A DNA stretch of 57,188 bases, the filler included, from Porpidia crustulata (Eukaryota): assembly GCA_964255105.1 (NCBI GenBank). It is 3 parts of 3 records of this genome, joined end to end, with 100 filler letters (N's around TTAATTAATTAA, not from the genome) between each part and the next. Parts side by side here need not be neighbours in the genome. Positions count along the whole stretch, not along the records: positions 38,212 to 57,188 come from CAXUWE010000155.1; 2 more parts are not named here. One strand, written 5' to 3'. How positions within the stretch are numbered: the stretch's first letter is position 1; each line of letters starts with the position of its first letter. Under the pieces are notes generated by a model, which saw nothing but the letters and a program-made list of their open reading frames with translations, was not told the DNA's origin and searched no databases. This document shows positions 41,774 through 53,339 of this stretch, piece after piece. Position numbers and translations under genes: made by a program.

Positions 41774-44700
41774 ATGCTGGCGACACAACCCGCCCAAGGT
41801 CATTTGCCTCGGAGCGTTATGGCCTCCTCTCTGCATACGAGTGGACGCATGGATACATCGCAATCGCCTTACACCTCCAATGGAGTCACGCCTCAGCCTT
41901 CCCACTATACTGCAGGCCCAGCGAGGTCACAGTTCAGTGGCGTACCACAGAGTATTCCACCTTCCCAAACGGCGTCATTGTCGCAGTCGCTGGCAAGTAA
42001 CGCACCTCAACGAGACGACAATATCATAAATAAGACAGCGGGTCCTAGCCTCTCGCTTTATCATACCTGTCTGAGTCTTAGAAGACGTTTAACCACTGTC
42101 CCTGGTTTTGACCAGCACATAGCAGAAATGGAGGAAGAAGAAGCAGAAGCCGATGACTCGACAGAACCAGTAACATCGATGTGGAATTGTTTCCGGCGAG
42201 GCTATCCATTAATGACCATCTATAATGCCCTGAAGCCTAAAGTTCCACTCCACGTGGATCCAAGCCGGATTGCGGAATCAAAATATGGCAAAGCGGCAAC
42301 GTTCAAGTTCCTGCAAGCGTGCTTGACAGATCTGGCATTTCCTGCAAACGAGTGTTTCCTTATTACAGACTTGTATGGGGGTGACACGTCGGGTTTTGTC
42401 AAAGTAAGTTTCCTAATAAAATGCCGCCATATGCTCCCTGCACAGAACTGAGACTACATCAATATTTCACGGTTGCCAATATGTTCTAGGAGAGAAGGAG
42501 GCTGAATCCGCTTATAGGTAACTAAGGTTGTTAATAAAGTCCTCGATATACTTAGCAGCAGGGGTTTACTTCTCCCAGAGGAAGATACTCAGCACGCTGT
42601 GGATAGCATAAGTCCACCTTTCACGCATAGACACCACGTTATTAAGGAAATCGTAACGACGGAGCGCAACTACGTGCAACATCTTGAAATCTTGCAGCAG
42701 TTCAAGAATGAAGTCGAAGAAAGTGGCGCCATTGCAGGTGATGCTGTGCATGATATATTCTTGAACTTGAATGCCTTACTCGACTTCCAACGGCGCTTCT
42801 TGATTCGTATTGAGCAACAAAACTCGCTGCCGGAAAGTCAGCAGAACTGGGGTCAATTGTTCATCCAGTACAAGGAATCGTTTAGAGTCTATGAACCCTT
42901 CATAGCCAACCAAATCCGATGTAATAATGCAGTCACGAAGGAATGGGACAAGCTCAAGGCAGCGCATCTTTCAGACGACCTGCGAGGGATGGTGGAAATC
43001 CAGTCTGTATTGACCGGATTCTTGATGAAACCTTTCCAGCGCTTGTCAAGATATCCAATGCTCCTTGACGTATGTAGTCTGTCTAATATGCACTCCAAAT
43101 TGACTTTCTAACTTTCCGATAGGAACTCCGTACAAAAGGTGGTCTTGGTGAAGATATGCAAATGGACTTGGCTGAAGGATCGAGAGCCGCTAGCTCGATC
43201 CTCCACCGAGCCAACGATGCGATCGATAAAGAACATCGGCTTGAGGCTGTTACGGAATTACAAAGTCGAGTGGAGGATTGGAAGGGTCATAAAATTGACC
43301 ATTTCGGTGATCTCTTACTGCACGGTAATTTCACAGTCCTAAAAGGCGAAGGGGCAAAGGAGGTTGAGAGAGAAGTAGGTCAATTCCTTTGATTCAATCT
43401 TCCCTAAAATTTGCTTTCTATGTTATGTCCGTAATCAAGCACGGATAACCCATACCCGTCCGCTGGCTCCATGACGCCGTCTTCACTCCCGGCCTCCCTG
43501 ATCACTTTATTTTTGTCAGTGTTTTGAAGAATTTGCTAATACCTCGGGCTTTCGTGCTTGGCCGCACTTGTAGTACAAAGTCTATCTATTTGAACGAATC
43601 CTTCTCTGCTGCAAGGAGATTAATCCCAACAAGCCAAAAAACAAGATGTTAGGTAACACTAAACCACCTATTGACAAGAAGGGAAAGCTGCGATTACAAC
43701 TGAAAGGCCGCATCTTCATGCAGAATGTTACGGATGTCGTATCGTTGGAATACAAAGGTTTGTGAGAACTCGACCTAGCATAATGGCATAAGCGAGAGGA
43801 AGACTTACATTGACTTTTTCACAGACAAGACTACTTATACGATACAGATCTTCTGGAAAGGGGATCCAGGGGTAGAAAATTTTGTGATTCGCTTTGCCAG
43901 CAAAGAATTGATGCTCAAATGGCGTGAGCAAGTTCAACAACAGAAAAAGATACTCAGCGATTCTGCGCGAAGTTCTGGTCAGACAGGTACTTCGGAGACT
44001 GAATTTACGTTCATGAAAAACCAAGGTCTCTTCGAAAATCCCTATCTGCAGGATGATGACGGCGAAGAAGACGATAGTCGGACGAACATGGGACCACCGG
44101 GGCATTCCGTTTTCAGTGTGAGCCGAACCACCTCGAGTACGAGCTTACGGTCAATTACTCCGCATAGCGGCAGTACTACTGGATTGCATTCGCAAGATCG
44201 CGCCACTGGTCGATCGGCTCCTCCAAGGTTCCCGCTTCCTGAGCAATCTGGAGGACCAAATATTCCCCTGACTCTGAATACGAGTTTTGATCCTGTCACC
44301 GATTTGCCTGGAGATATTAACGGCAGCTCCTATTTCTCTCCTGTTGCCGACTCGCCCATGTCAACGCGCTCAAGCTCCCAAGCAAACACCTACCCGTTTC
44401 CTCGTCAAGGAACCCCTACAGGCGGTTGGAATAATGATGACAATAAACATAGGACAGCTCCCGCTATGGCTCGCGTGCCGTCTCGGGATGGAACGGGTCC
44501 TTTCAACGGCTATACTATCAATGGCCGGACTCGGCCATCGTTACCGGTAATGGGAGTCTCTCAAACCTCGCAGCACGCTGCAAACATGCAAAGCCGTCTA
44601 CGATCGGCCAGCACTCCAGATATCCACAATTCTACTGCAGCCGCAGCCCGGCGATACGCCAATGGTCAAGAAAATGTTCCAGTGCCCCCAATACCTCAGC

Positions 44701-45290
44701 ATGTAGCTCAAATGAGAGCGCCAGTCAATCGAAGCCAGACCAGCTCCCCTTCAATCAATCCATTACCGACACGGAATGCTACGCAGTCACCGCAATTGCA
44801 TCGAGATAAGGCACAGCGGCACGCTCCGGACGAGACAGAGAATGAGATTAATCACCGGGTACGACAACAGCAAATAAATGAAAGCGAAACTCGTGGACTA
44901 TACAATGGCGGCCGTGAAGCTGCACCAACTTTCGTAAAGCCTCAATTACTGCCTGCAGCTAGTCCAGATATTGCATATCCAACTCAACTGAAAGTCAAGA
45001 TCTTCTTTGATCCAGCACCAAGCCATGTCACTATCGTCGTACCTATTGTCATCAAACATCGCTCACTAGTCGATCGCATCGACTCGAAGATGGTCAAAAT
45101 CTCGTCAGCTTCCATATCCAAAGGTACCGCTCGCCTGAGATACAAAGACATGGACGGTGACAATGTCAGCGTTGACTCGGATGACGATGTCCAACTCGCG
45201 ATTGAAGACTGGGGCTCGGTCCATGCCAAGCAGCTAGCAGAAGGGACCGTCAGCGACTTTGAGTTGCAGTGGCAGGAAGTCCCTAATTAG
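41774..45290 (+). CDS. CDC24: Cdc42 guanine nucleotide exchange factor Cdc24/Scd1 (CH-DH-PH-PB1)
   Basis: CH-like FRRGYPLMTIYN..FLITDLYGGDTSGFVK; DH EIVTTERNYVQHLE..KPFQRLSRYPMLL; PH VEDWKGH..FGDLLLHG..YLFERILLCCKE; PB1 LKVKI..LRYKDMDGDNVSVDSDDDVQLA. Four introns. Confidence 0.95.
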
Positions 45291-46111
45291 ATGTTCAACA
45301 TTCCCAATTCACATAAATACGGTCATTATCGGTTGTAATTTACTTTCGGCCCGATCTCGCGTGCGGTCTCACTGACTCTACTGTATTTTCAGAATTCCAT
45401 CTGGATCTAGGCGACTATCTATGTTACGGCATGAACGGCTACTTCTAGGATTTCACTGAGGTCTCCTTCAGCATATTCGGGCGACTACCTTGACGATTCT
45501 TCATTCTCTTGGATGTAATCAACGGTAGGTCTTCTTTGTGGCGCTCAAGATGGATTGCAACTCACGTACTTGGAAGTGTAAGGAGGTTACTTTGATGCGA
45601 CAGGGGCATATGGGGATCTGCAAAGACAGGATAACGGCGCAACGAGGCCAAGTGGGAATGGACTGTGGACTTGCATAGCATGGCTGGTATGATTTCATGA
45701 TAGGGGGAGTAGATTTGATACGCTTGTGGCTTAGCATAATTGAACCCATTGTTAGCTGAACTCCCTCTCCCCGTTCTCCAACATGCGATTTCGGTTCTCT
45801 TGCCTTCCCCAAGGCTTGAAACTTTGAACCCACTTCTTCCTTCGCTAACATAGTGCATTGATCGTGGAATCAAAATCTTTCTGATTCCAGCCGGCGACGA
45901 CAAGAATGCATGTCGAGTGCTTTTCAGGTCTCGGTTGTAGGGGTAGGCGCGGGGACGACAGCAATGCGGCGCCCTGAATTGAAGTGAAATCCAGGATTCA
46001 TTAGTCTCCCTAGGAAATCGCTGAGGCTTCGTTGGACTTTCGATTCTGGGTTAATTCGAAGCATTAGCAATACCACACAAAGTCGGTGATAGTTCCCTCA
46101 TGGACGGTACC

Positions 46112-46824
46112 TTAGCATACCGGAGCTTGGGAACGAACGTCCTCTTCAATTTCCGTAGCCATCCATCCCTCGCAATTGCTCCGTGCTTTGAATACAACAT
46201 CCATTCCACGCTCGCCCGCTTTCAGCGCCGCCAAAAGATCGGTCGATATGCATTTCGTGTCGAAAGGAATAGTTTTTACAAGGCCCTTGCCATGGAACCA
46301 GATCATACCTATGTTCGTCACCGGATCAAAGGCTCGGATATGGCCATACTCTTTGTCGCTCGGACCATAACCAGGCGGTTTCCCGAAAGGGAGAGCGTCC
46401 CTATTACGACGAGCAGGAACGCCGTTGGACGATGTTGGTTCTTTCGGCGTAGGTTCATCTCCGAGGGTGGACTTGGCCATCATACCCTCGAGCAGTTTGC
46501 CCCTGCTACCGGACAGCTTCTCACCGATATCTTCAAGCAACGAGGGGCTGCTTTGACCGTTTGAAGACGAGGGTTTCAGGCTTAAGTGGGAAAACATCGT
46601 GTACTGTCTCGCGTATGCTACAAGTTTCTTAGGCGAATTGGGAGATGGGCAGTACAAGGAATTTCATGGGCCACATGGGAACTCAATATCACGAGCTGCC
46701 AAAGCTGCAAGCAGCTACACGGGCGTATGGGGACTACGGCAAGCAGACGCGGACCATAGAGAAGCTTACCTGGCATGATCGTCGATGAAGCTGGTGCCCT
46801 TGCAGTCGGATGGGTAGCTTGCAT
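46112..46824 (-). CDS. Small orphan protein with a C-terminal cold-shock-domain/OB-fold-like region (probably 2 exons)
   Basis: Exon 46824-46770, intron GTAAGC..CTAAG..TAG (46769-46618) and exon 46617-46112 join in frame. C-terminal YGHIRAFDPVTNIGMIW..IPFDTKCI..LKAGERGMDVVFKARSNCEGWMATEI follows CSD strand spacing. Confidence 0.55.
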
Positions 46825-47652
46825 GGGGGACGTCACGATGGTGGAGGACGGTAAAGGAAGCCGAACTGACCCGACAAATGTTGGGATATCATAATGAGCA
46901 CCTTGTGAAAGCAGGATTGCGCCGTCGTCTTTTGTTAAATTTTTGTATATGCTATTTCGAGGCCCACCCTCTCTGCGCCTATCCCAACATTGACGCCTCG
47001 GAGTGTCAACTACAGGCTATAGAATTTGCCTCGGCCTCATGTACCGGATACCAATACTAATCAGCTTGACGGAGCTAAGCATCGACTTGCAGCCAGCCCA
47101 GTTTCTAGATAGACTGGAAAATGGGTTTTTTCGCTCCGGCACAGAAGCGCCAAGCAGGATGTCACTAGACCAATGGTTCCGTGGAATTTTCTTTCCTGAT
47201 TCGTGCTTCATCACGCAAACGCCATGCATTGTGGTTTGTTGTTCAATCATATGGCGTTATGATAGGCATCCTTTGCTTGAGTTCAGAGAGGCTAGAAATT
47301 GATGCGCCATTTGTACGCTAGCATGGAGATGGGAAGCGAACCAACCAGACTGACCAGTGAGCTTTGGTCAATGATACGATGTGAAAATTGGCATCGTATG
47401 AGCAACCACTTGGAAGTTGGATATATCAATTTCCTTGATTCCCGAAGGTCCCATCACGATCAGAAAATGTTGTTTGGATAAACTATAAACTCAGACTTAG
47501 GGGATACGCTTGACCGTATGGGGCAACTCGCTTGCTCGGCGGCCCAATTGAGTCCACCCTTCGAAGTTTTGCATGGACTACTGCGAGTACGAGCAGCGGG
47601 AGATTATAGTACTATCGATGTCCTGCCATAGAAGCTTGCCAACACTCCCACA

Positions 47653-48350
47653 ATGGGATCTTACTACGACATCGACGCCATTCTAACTGACGCCCAAAAA
47701 GTTCCATGTACTTTTGAGCTCGAGGTTCCCGGCTTGGGCTTTATCGACGACCATGCTGGCGGCGATGTGAGTGTAGCGTTCCGTTTACAACGTCCGCTCT
47801 CGTGTATTTTGTTTTCATGTCCTCTCCATCACCTCCATAATGTAACCCACTAACGGTCCAGCGTAGATCAAACCCGGCACACACCTCTCTCTACCCCTCT
47901 GGCTCGGCGAACTCCTTGCGGTTCAACGCCTTGGCCTATCTCCCATCCTTAATCTAGACCTTCCACCCTCCATCGCGCCTCGCGTGCTCAACGCATTGAA
48001 AGCCGATCCCAAGACCGTGGACCTTAGGGCGCAAGCCAGCCATTTCTATGAATTAGCTGCCCGGGTGCTTGAGCTATTTGAGGAGGAGGAAGTTGTCGAT
48101 GTTCTGAGCGAGACTTTCAAGAAAAGAGCGTCGGAGATTGCAGACCACGCACATAATCCGAGGGGAGCATTGGGGGAAGGAGCGGACTTTCTGAGAGGGT
48201 TGGAGGAAATGGAGAGGCAGTGTAGGTAGAGTACGAGGTTGTTGTAGACGCTTTTGATAGTTGGCTGATGATGGAGTAGTATTCAGGGCAGCACATGATA
48301 GTTCGAAGGCTATGCGGGTGTGGATGGGGGAGGTGAAGAAGAAGAGCTGA
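47653..48350 (+). CDS. PSF3: GINS complex subunit Psf3 (3 exons)
   Basis: MGSYYDIDAILTDAQKVPCTFE..|IKPGTHLSLPLWL..LNALKADPKTVDLR..FLRGLEEMERQL|FRAAHDSSKAMRVW. Confidence 0.93.
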
Positions 48351-49590
48351 GAGGGAATGATGGATAGAACTACTAAGAAATTGCTGGGAGCATGAGAACT
48401 TATGCATACTTCAACGCTTCTGCGGAAGAAAGACCTCAAAAGCTAACCGCTGGTTATGGATCTACAAGTCACGCAATCCATACCGGGAGCACATTGAAAA
48501 CGAAGAGAAGACGGTCACAACTTCGATCGCTGATGCATTACCCATGGAAAATCAGATCACGGCTTTTCTTATATGACCCGTCTTCTCCAATCGCTTGAAA
48601 TTTGGATGCTCCTCGGTAAGCACCATGACGCCTCTCAAAGCCACGGACTGGAGACTGGTAAGAAGAGCATGCAGAACTCCTAGCTACAACATCATCACTA
48701 GGAAAATACTTGGTAGGCTATCGAAAAAGACTCGGTCACCAAAAGGAATGCTTCGAACCCGACATGGAGCGGACCATAGTAATCATCGAAGTCAAACTAT
48801 TGGTCGAAAGCATGGAGTCCACTGGACGAGTATGCACCAAACACCGTACAGCTACACGAATATGAAGGAAATGCACGCACTGAGGGTGTTGCACTACGTC
48901 GGTCTGTTACGAAAACCCACTAGAACTGAGACACAGGGTCAAAAAGGAACATTTAATGCTTTTGACTCGTCCCTAACAATTTGTATTTATCTATAGTACG
49001 ACAATTTCCCTACTCTGACGTTTCGGATTTGCCTTTCTACCACCACAAATGCTCCATTATAAGCATGAAAATTCTAGCCATCGACCAATCCTACCACCCA
49101 AATGCTCGTTAACGTCTCCATTAAACTGAGATTCCAAATCCAGACATTAGTGCTTAGATTGAAGGAAAAGCAAGTACATGGCGGCTATTTACAAGGCTGT
49201 CGCACTGGAGATGGTTCAGCATTGGGGCTATGTCGGTAGCTGTGACGTCACTGATAGAAGAAATACTTTTGCTCTTCCCATATATGTGTAAATTATCTCG
49301 ACATCCTTGATGCAAGAAGGCGTAGCAGCGTAAAAGCCAACAATGTGAAGCCTGTCTGGGAGTTTTCGATTACTGCTGGCGCCCTTATTGCATGACTGGC
49401 GAATTGGGTAGAGAAGTAAACATGCAGCCACTCGCATCGCCCGCGCTGAAATGCAACTCCGCCTCCTTGGCCATCACTAGTGCTCAAGGCGGGATTTATA
49501 TGACTGCTTGACGTTCGCACAAGATGGACCATAAGTTTATGATTCTATAATTGACCCGAGGAGTAGTGAGCAGTCTTACGTTATCAGGAA

Positions 49591-51306
49591 ATGATACCAC
49601 TACCTGGCTTGGGAGTCGGCAATGTTATCACAGTGTGCCAGTGGGTCTGGAAGCAGTATAGTAATTATAAAGATGCGGCGAAAGAATTTGATCAAATTTC
49701 TTCGCAAGCTAATACCTGTCTTACCGCCTTGAGAAGAGTTGAGGCCGAGCTCGGAAAGCCAGAATCCCTCGTACAATATGCAGAACCTGAAACGTGTGCT
49801 TTCTGAATCATGTAAACGACAACTAGCGAACTGATTTATGTGATAGGAAGGAACAACTTGACGAGTTCTTGCTCGCCATGAATACTGTGTTGGATGAATT
49901 GAAGGGTATGATGGTAAATAATCAGCGCATCCATACTTCACGGCGACAGAGGTTTGCTTTTGGGTTCAATGATTTAGAAAGGCTACCCGAGTTGAGAAAG
50001 AAATTGGCCGATCAAGAGCAACATCTGCAGACGTGGCTGGCTGGTTTAATAATTGGCGGCATTGGTCGACTGGAAGTAACGACTCAGAAAATCCTCGAGC
50101 TCCTAAAGGATCAGAATGTTGTTCGTGGGGATCAGCCATCCGAGACTCCACGGATTATTGAAGACTCGGTGAAGACCGAGATCGAGCGGAGCGCGATCTC
50201 AGGAGAAAATAAGCAAGTAATGTTGGCATTAGCCAAGAGGTATCTTCAGGCCGATCATGTAGAACGGGCAAGTCTTGAGTCCGAGATACGCACGAGTATC
50301 CCACAAGATCAGTCTGCAACTCCCGTGTCAGTAGGGGAGAAGACCTCTAGAACGGCCCCGAAAGTGTCGCTGAACAGCGCCCATATGGTTTCAAATCCAG
50401 GAGTAACTCCGTCTAACTCGCGAGAGGAAAGAATCAAACGGGGAGAGTACCGCATTCTTTGTGTCGACGGTGCTAATACTGGTGAATCTTGACCCTCAAA
50501 AGTACCTTGACGAAACTGACAGAAGGGCAGTTCGATCGGTAATTGCTCATACATATCTTCAGCTCCTTCGAATCTTGCATGTGAACAACACTAAACAATG
50601 GATGTTTCAAGATGTAGATTCTGCCGGATGCTTTGTGGAATCAGACTTCACCAAGAAAAATCGACGGACCATCGGTGAGAAATTAGTCGCGCCTAGAGTA
50701 CCGACACATAAAGCTTTGGCAGCCATGGGGAAACGACAACGATTTGCATCGCGGGAGAAAGACAACGTCATGAAAAGGATGCAAAAACGCCCCACTCAAG
50801 CTTTGACGGAAAGTCACTTCTATGATTGGGATTTAATACTCTATTTTGATGATTCATTCGGTAAGGTTCTTCGGGCTTTAAGCGCCGCAGCGCAGCAAAC
50901 CACGGGCGAGTCTCCGACTGCGATGCTCGTACATCTAACGGGAGCCGAATGGAGTACTGTTCTGCTCCTGCAAGATACCATAGACGCAGTCCAGATCTCG
51001 GTGAGGTCGTGGCTGAAGAAAGATCAAGGGTGGGCTTGGTTGTCACCTGAAGTGCGTGTCGACTCGGGCCCTTGGCGTACGAAAGAGTTTGTAATTGCAG
51101 AGACTGAATTTGAAAAGATGCTTGGAGTAGAAGGGTCAGAGATTGGGAGAATTGAAGAGAGGACTGGGTGCCAGATCAGATACACTGACCCACGTATTCT
51201 ACGGCAGAAAAGACTAGTCTCAATCATAGGACCGCAAAGTTCGTTGTCGAGCTTACCGGATGAGTACCATGGAGTGGCCAGCTTTCCAGCGGCGTTTAAG
51301 AAGTAA
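49591..51306 (+). CDS. HeLo-like N-terminal domain + LMW-PTP/ArsC-fold pseudophosphatase + KH domain protein (~537 aa, 3 exons)
   Basis: Exons 49591-49793, 49847-50481 and 50531-51306 total 1614 nt in one frame; both introns are GT..CTGAY..AG (53 and 49 nt). Motifs GVGNVITVCQWVWKQY; ILCVDGANTVRSVIA; DVDSAG; QALTESHFYDWDLILYFD; KMLGVEGSEIGRIEERTGCQI..LVSIIGP. Confidence 0.8.
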
Positions 51307-53339
51307 GATTTTGTAACTATTCATAAGATGATTGTTCTGGATGAGTACGAGCCAAGACCTCTTTGTTAGTACGAATCCGACGTAACGGCACGGGGGTAGG
51401 CCTGGTCCACTTCCACGGGCTACTTGATAAGACTCTGGATGACTAAGAACGAAATTCATGGCTTCACTAAAGGAGTATCAGACTAGGTGTTCCGCTCCCA
51501 TTGAACGGATCCACGAGTCTATTATGCTGTCAGCGAACTTACTCGCATGTCATTGAGCAAGGAGGTCTCCATGAGCCAACGCGTTCTCTACCGATTTCTT
51601 CATTTCAATCGTTAAAATAATATTATTCATCTTTCGAATGTTCGTCAGTCTAATCATCCCCTAATGTCAATCATATCTTTCGTCTCAGAGTCTACTATAT
51701 ACGATAACCCGAAAGTGTCGGGTAATACTCGTGGCGGCTACCTCGATACTCGGGACCATCAATCGCTTCAGTCAAGCAATCGAGCTTATTCAATGGGAGA
51801 ATATGTCTGCATTACCTGCCACTCGCTGCTTACCTTATATCTGCCAAACCGCTATAGCACCAGCTTTCGACGCCCAGTAACGTCTGATTTCCACAATAAT
51901 CCCACGCCATTGTTAGCAAGCATGTTCGCCACGACTATCCGCTACTCTCTTGCCCGCGGTAAATACACTCCAATTCCACAGAAAGATACAACATCATCAC
52001 ATGGAAAACCAAGAAGCCCAACTAGAATGAGAGAAGAACAAGAGCGTAAAGGGGCTCTATGACCAGTTCAAACTCAGGATATTCTGATAGAGACTCAAGA
52101 ATAGATAAACATTTACAGACATACCAGAATACACTTCAGTCATCGACACTTATCCTCACTTGTCCCTTCTTTATCAATTCAGAGCCTAAAGCTTAACCGT
52201 TGAATCAAAATTGCGACCGCATCTCACGATATAATCAGATATACCCGAAATAAAGCTCTCCTCTCTTCTCAGCGTATCCAGATGCACGCATAATCACTCT
52301 CATCATCTTCACGACTCCTATACTCTTACCAATCAACAACAACCATGCTACACAAACTCGACCTTTTACAGTGAAAAAATCTTCCCGGCTCAGAAGCGGC
52401 AACAATGATGGCGATTTTTTTTTTTTGAAATTTCCGTTTTATTCTAGATCTAAGTTAGATATAGCGATCAACAGGACTCCGTAAATTCTATTGCTAAGAC
52501 CTCCAAACTCTCCTATACAAATAGCGAGCGACCGTCTTTATCAAAAATAAAAATAGGATCTCAACGTGATTAACTCGAAACCACGAGAAATATATAGCGA
52601 TTTCTGCATGGTATACGAGTCTAAGAGTTTTCGCTTGTTGTTAGAGACGTAGGCGATACAAGGAAGCGCGATTAAAGGATCAGGGAATCCAGGGATGTAG
52701 CGGAAACGTTTTTGGGACAGTGTTTGATTGACTCGGAAGAGGTTCAGAGGGCTATGAGCCGAAAATATGCATTACGCCAAACCTTCCTTCTTCACGATAG
52801 AATATGCTACGACCACCCCCCGGGGCACATGTTTACCCGGGTGAGGAAGTTGGGGTTGGCCAAAGGGGGGGGCGCATCCCACCCCAAATGCACCACCAAA
52901 GGGCGAAATAACTAAGTCGTTAGACCTAGTTCATGTGCTACTAGATATACCGTGTTCAGAACCTAGCAGAATGTGATGGTTATCCTGTTACTACAAGCCA
53001 CAATTCACTCCTCAAAAAATTGTCAATCTCTTAATGAAAATCGTGCGGGTTATTGCCAGGGTTGGTTTGGGGATCGGAGTTGGTATTTTAAGCGTTCTTG
53101 CTAGATATTTGGGTGATGGGTTGGTGTGATGGTTTTTTTCTATGTTTTTTTATGTTTTGGATGGGTGTGGTTTGATGGTTTGGTTTAATTTATTTGGGTT
53201 TACACAATTTCACTATATTTATAAATTTTGAGAAATGAGATTGGTTTGATACTGTTTTGTTGAAGAAGGTTGGTGTGGTTGGTTTTGTTGAAGTTATATA
53301 TAAGATCAGTGAAGTTTGTTTCGTTTGAGATTCATCTAA

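Noticed and set aside
43376..43573. Long CDC24 intron as a snoRNA host
   Set aside because: No convincing C/D (RTGATGA..CTGA) or H/ACA arrangement.
46100..46564. Plus-strand 154-aa ORF
   Set aside because: Antisense to the minus-strand CSD-like gene, which has better motif and splice support.
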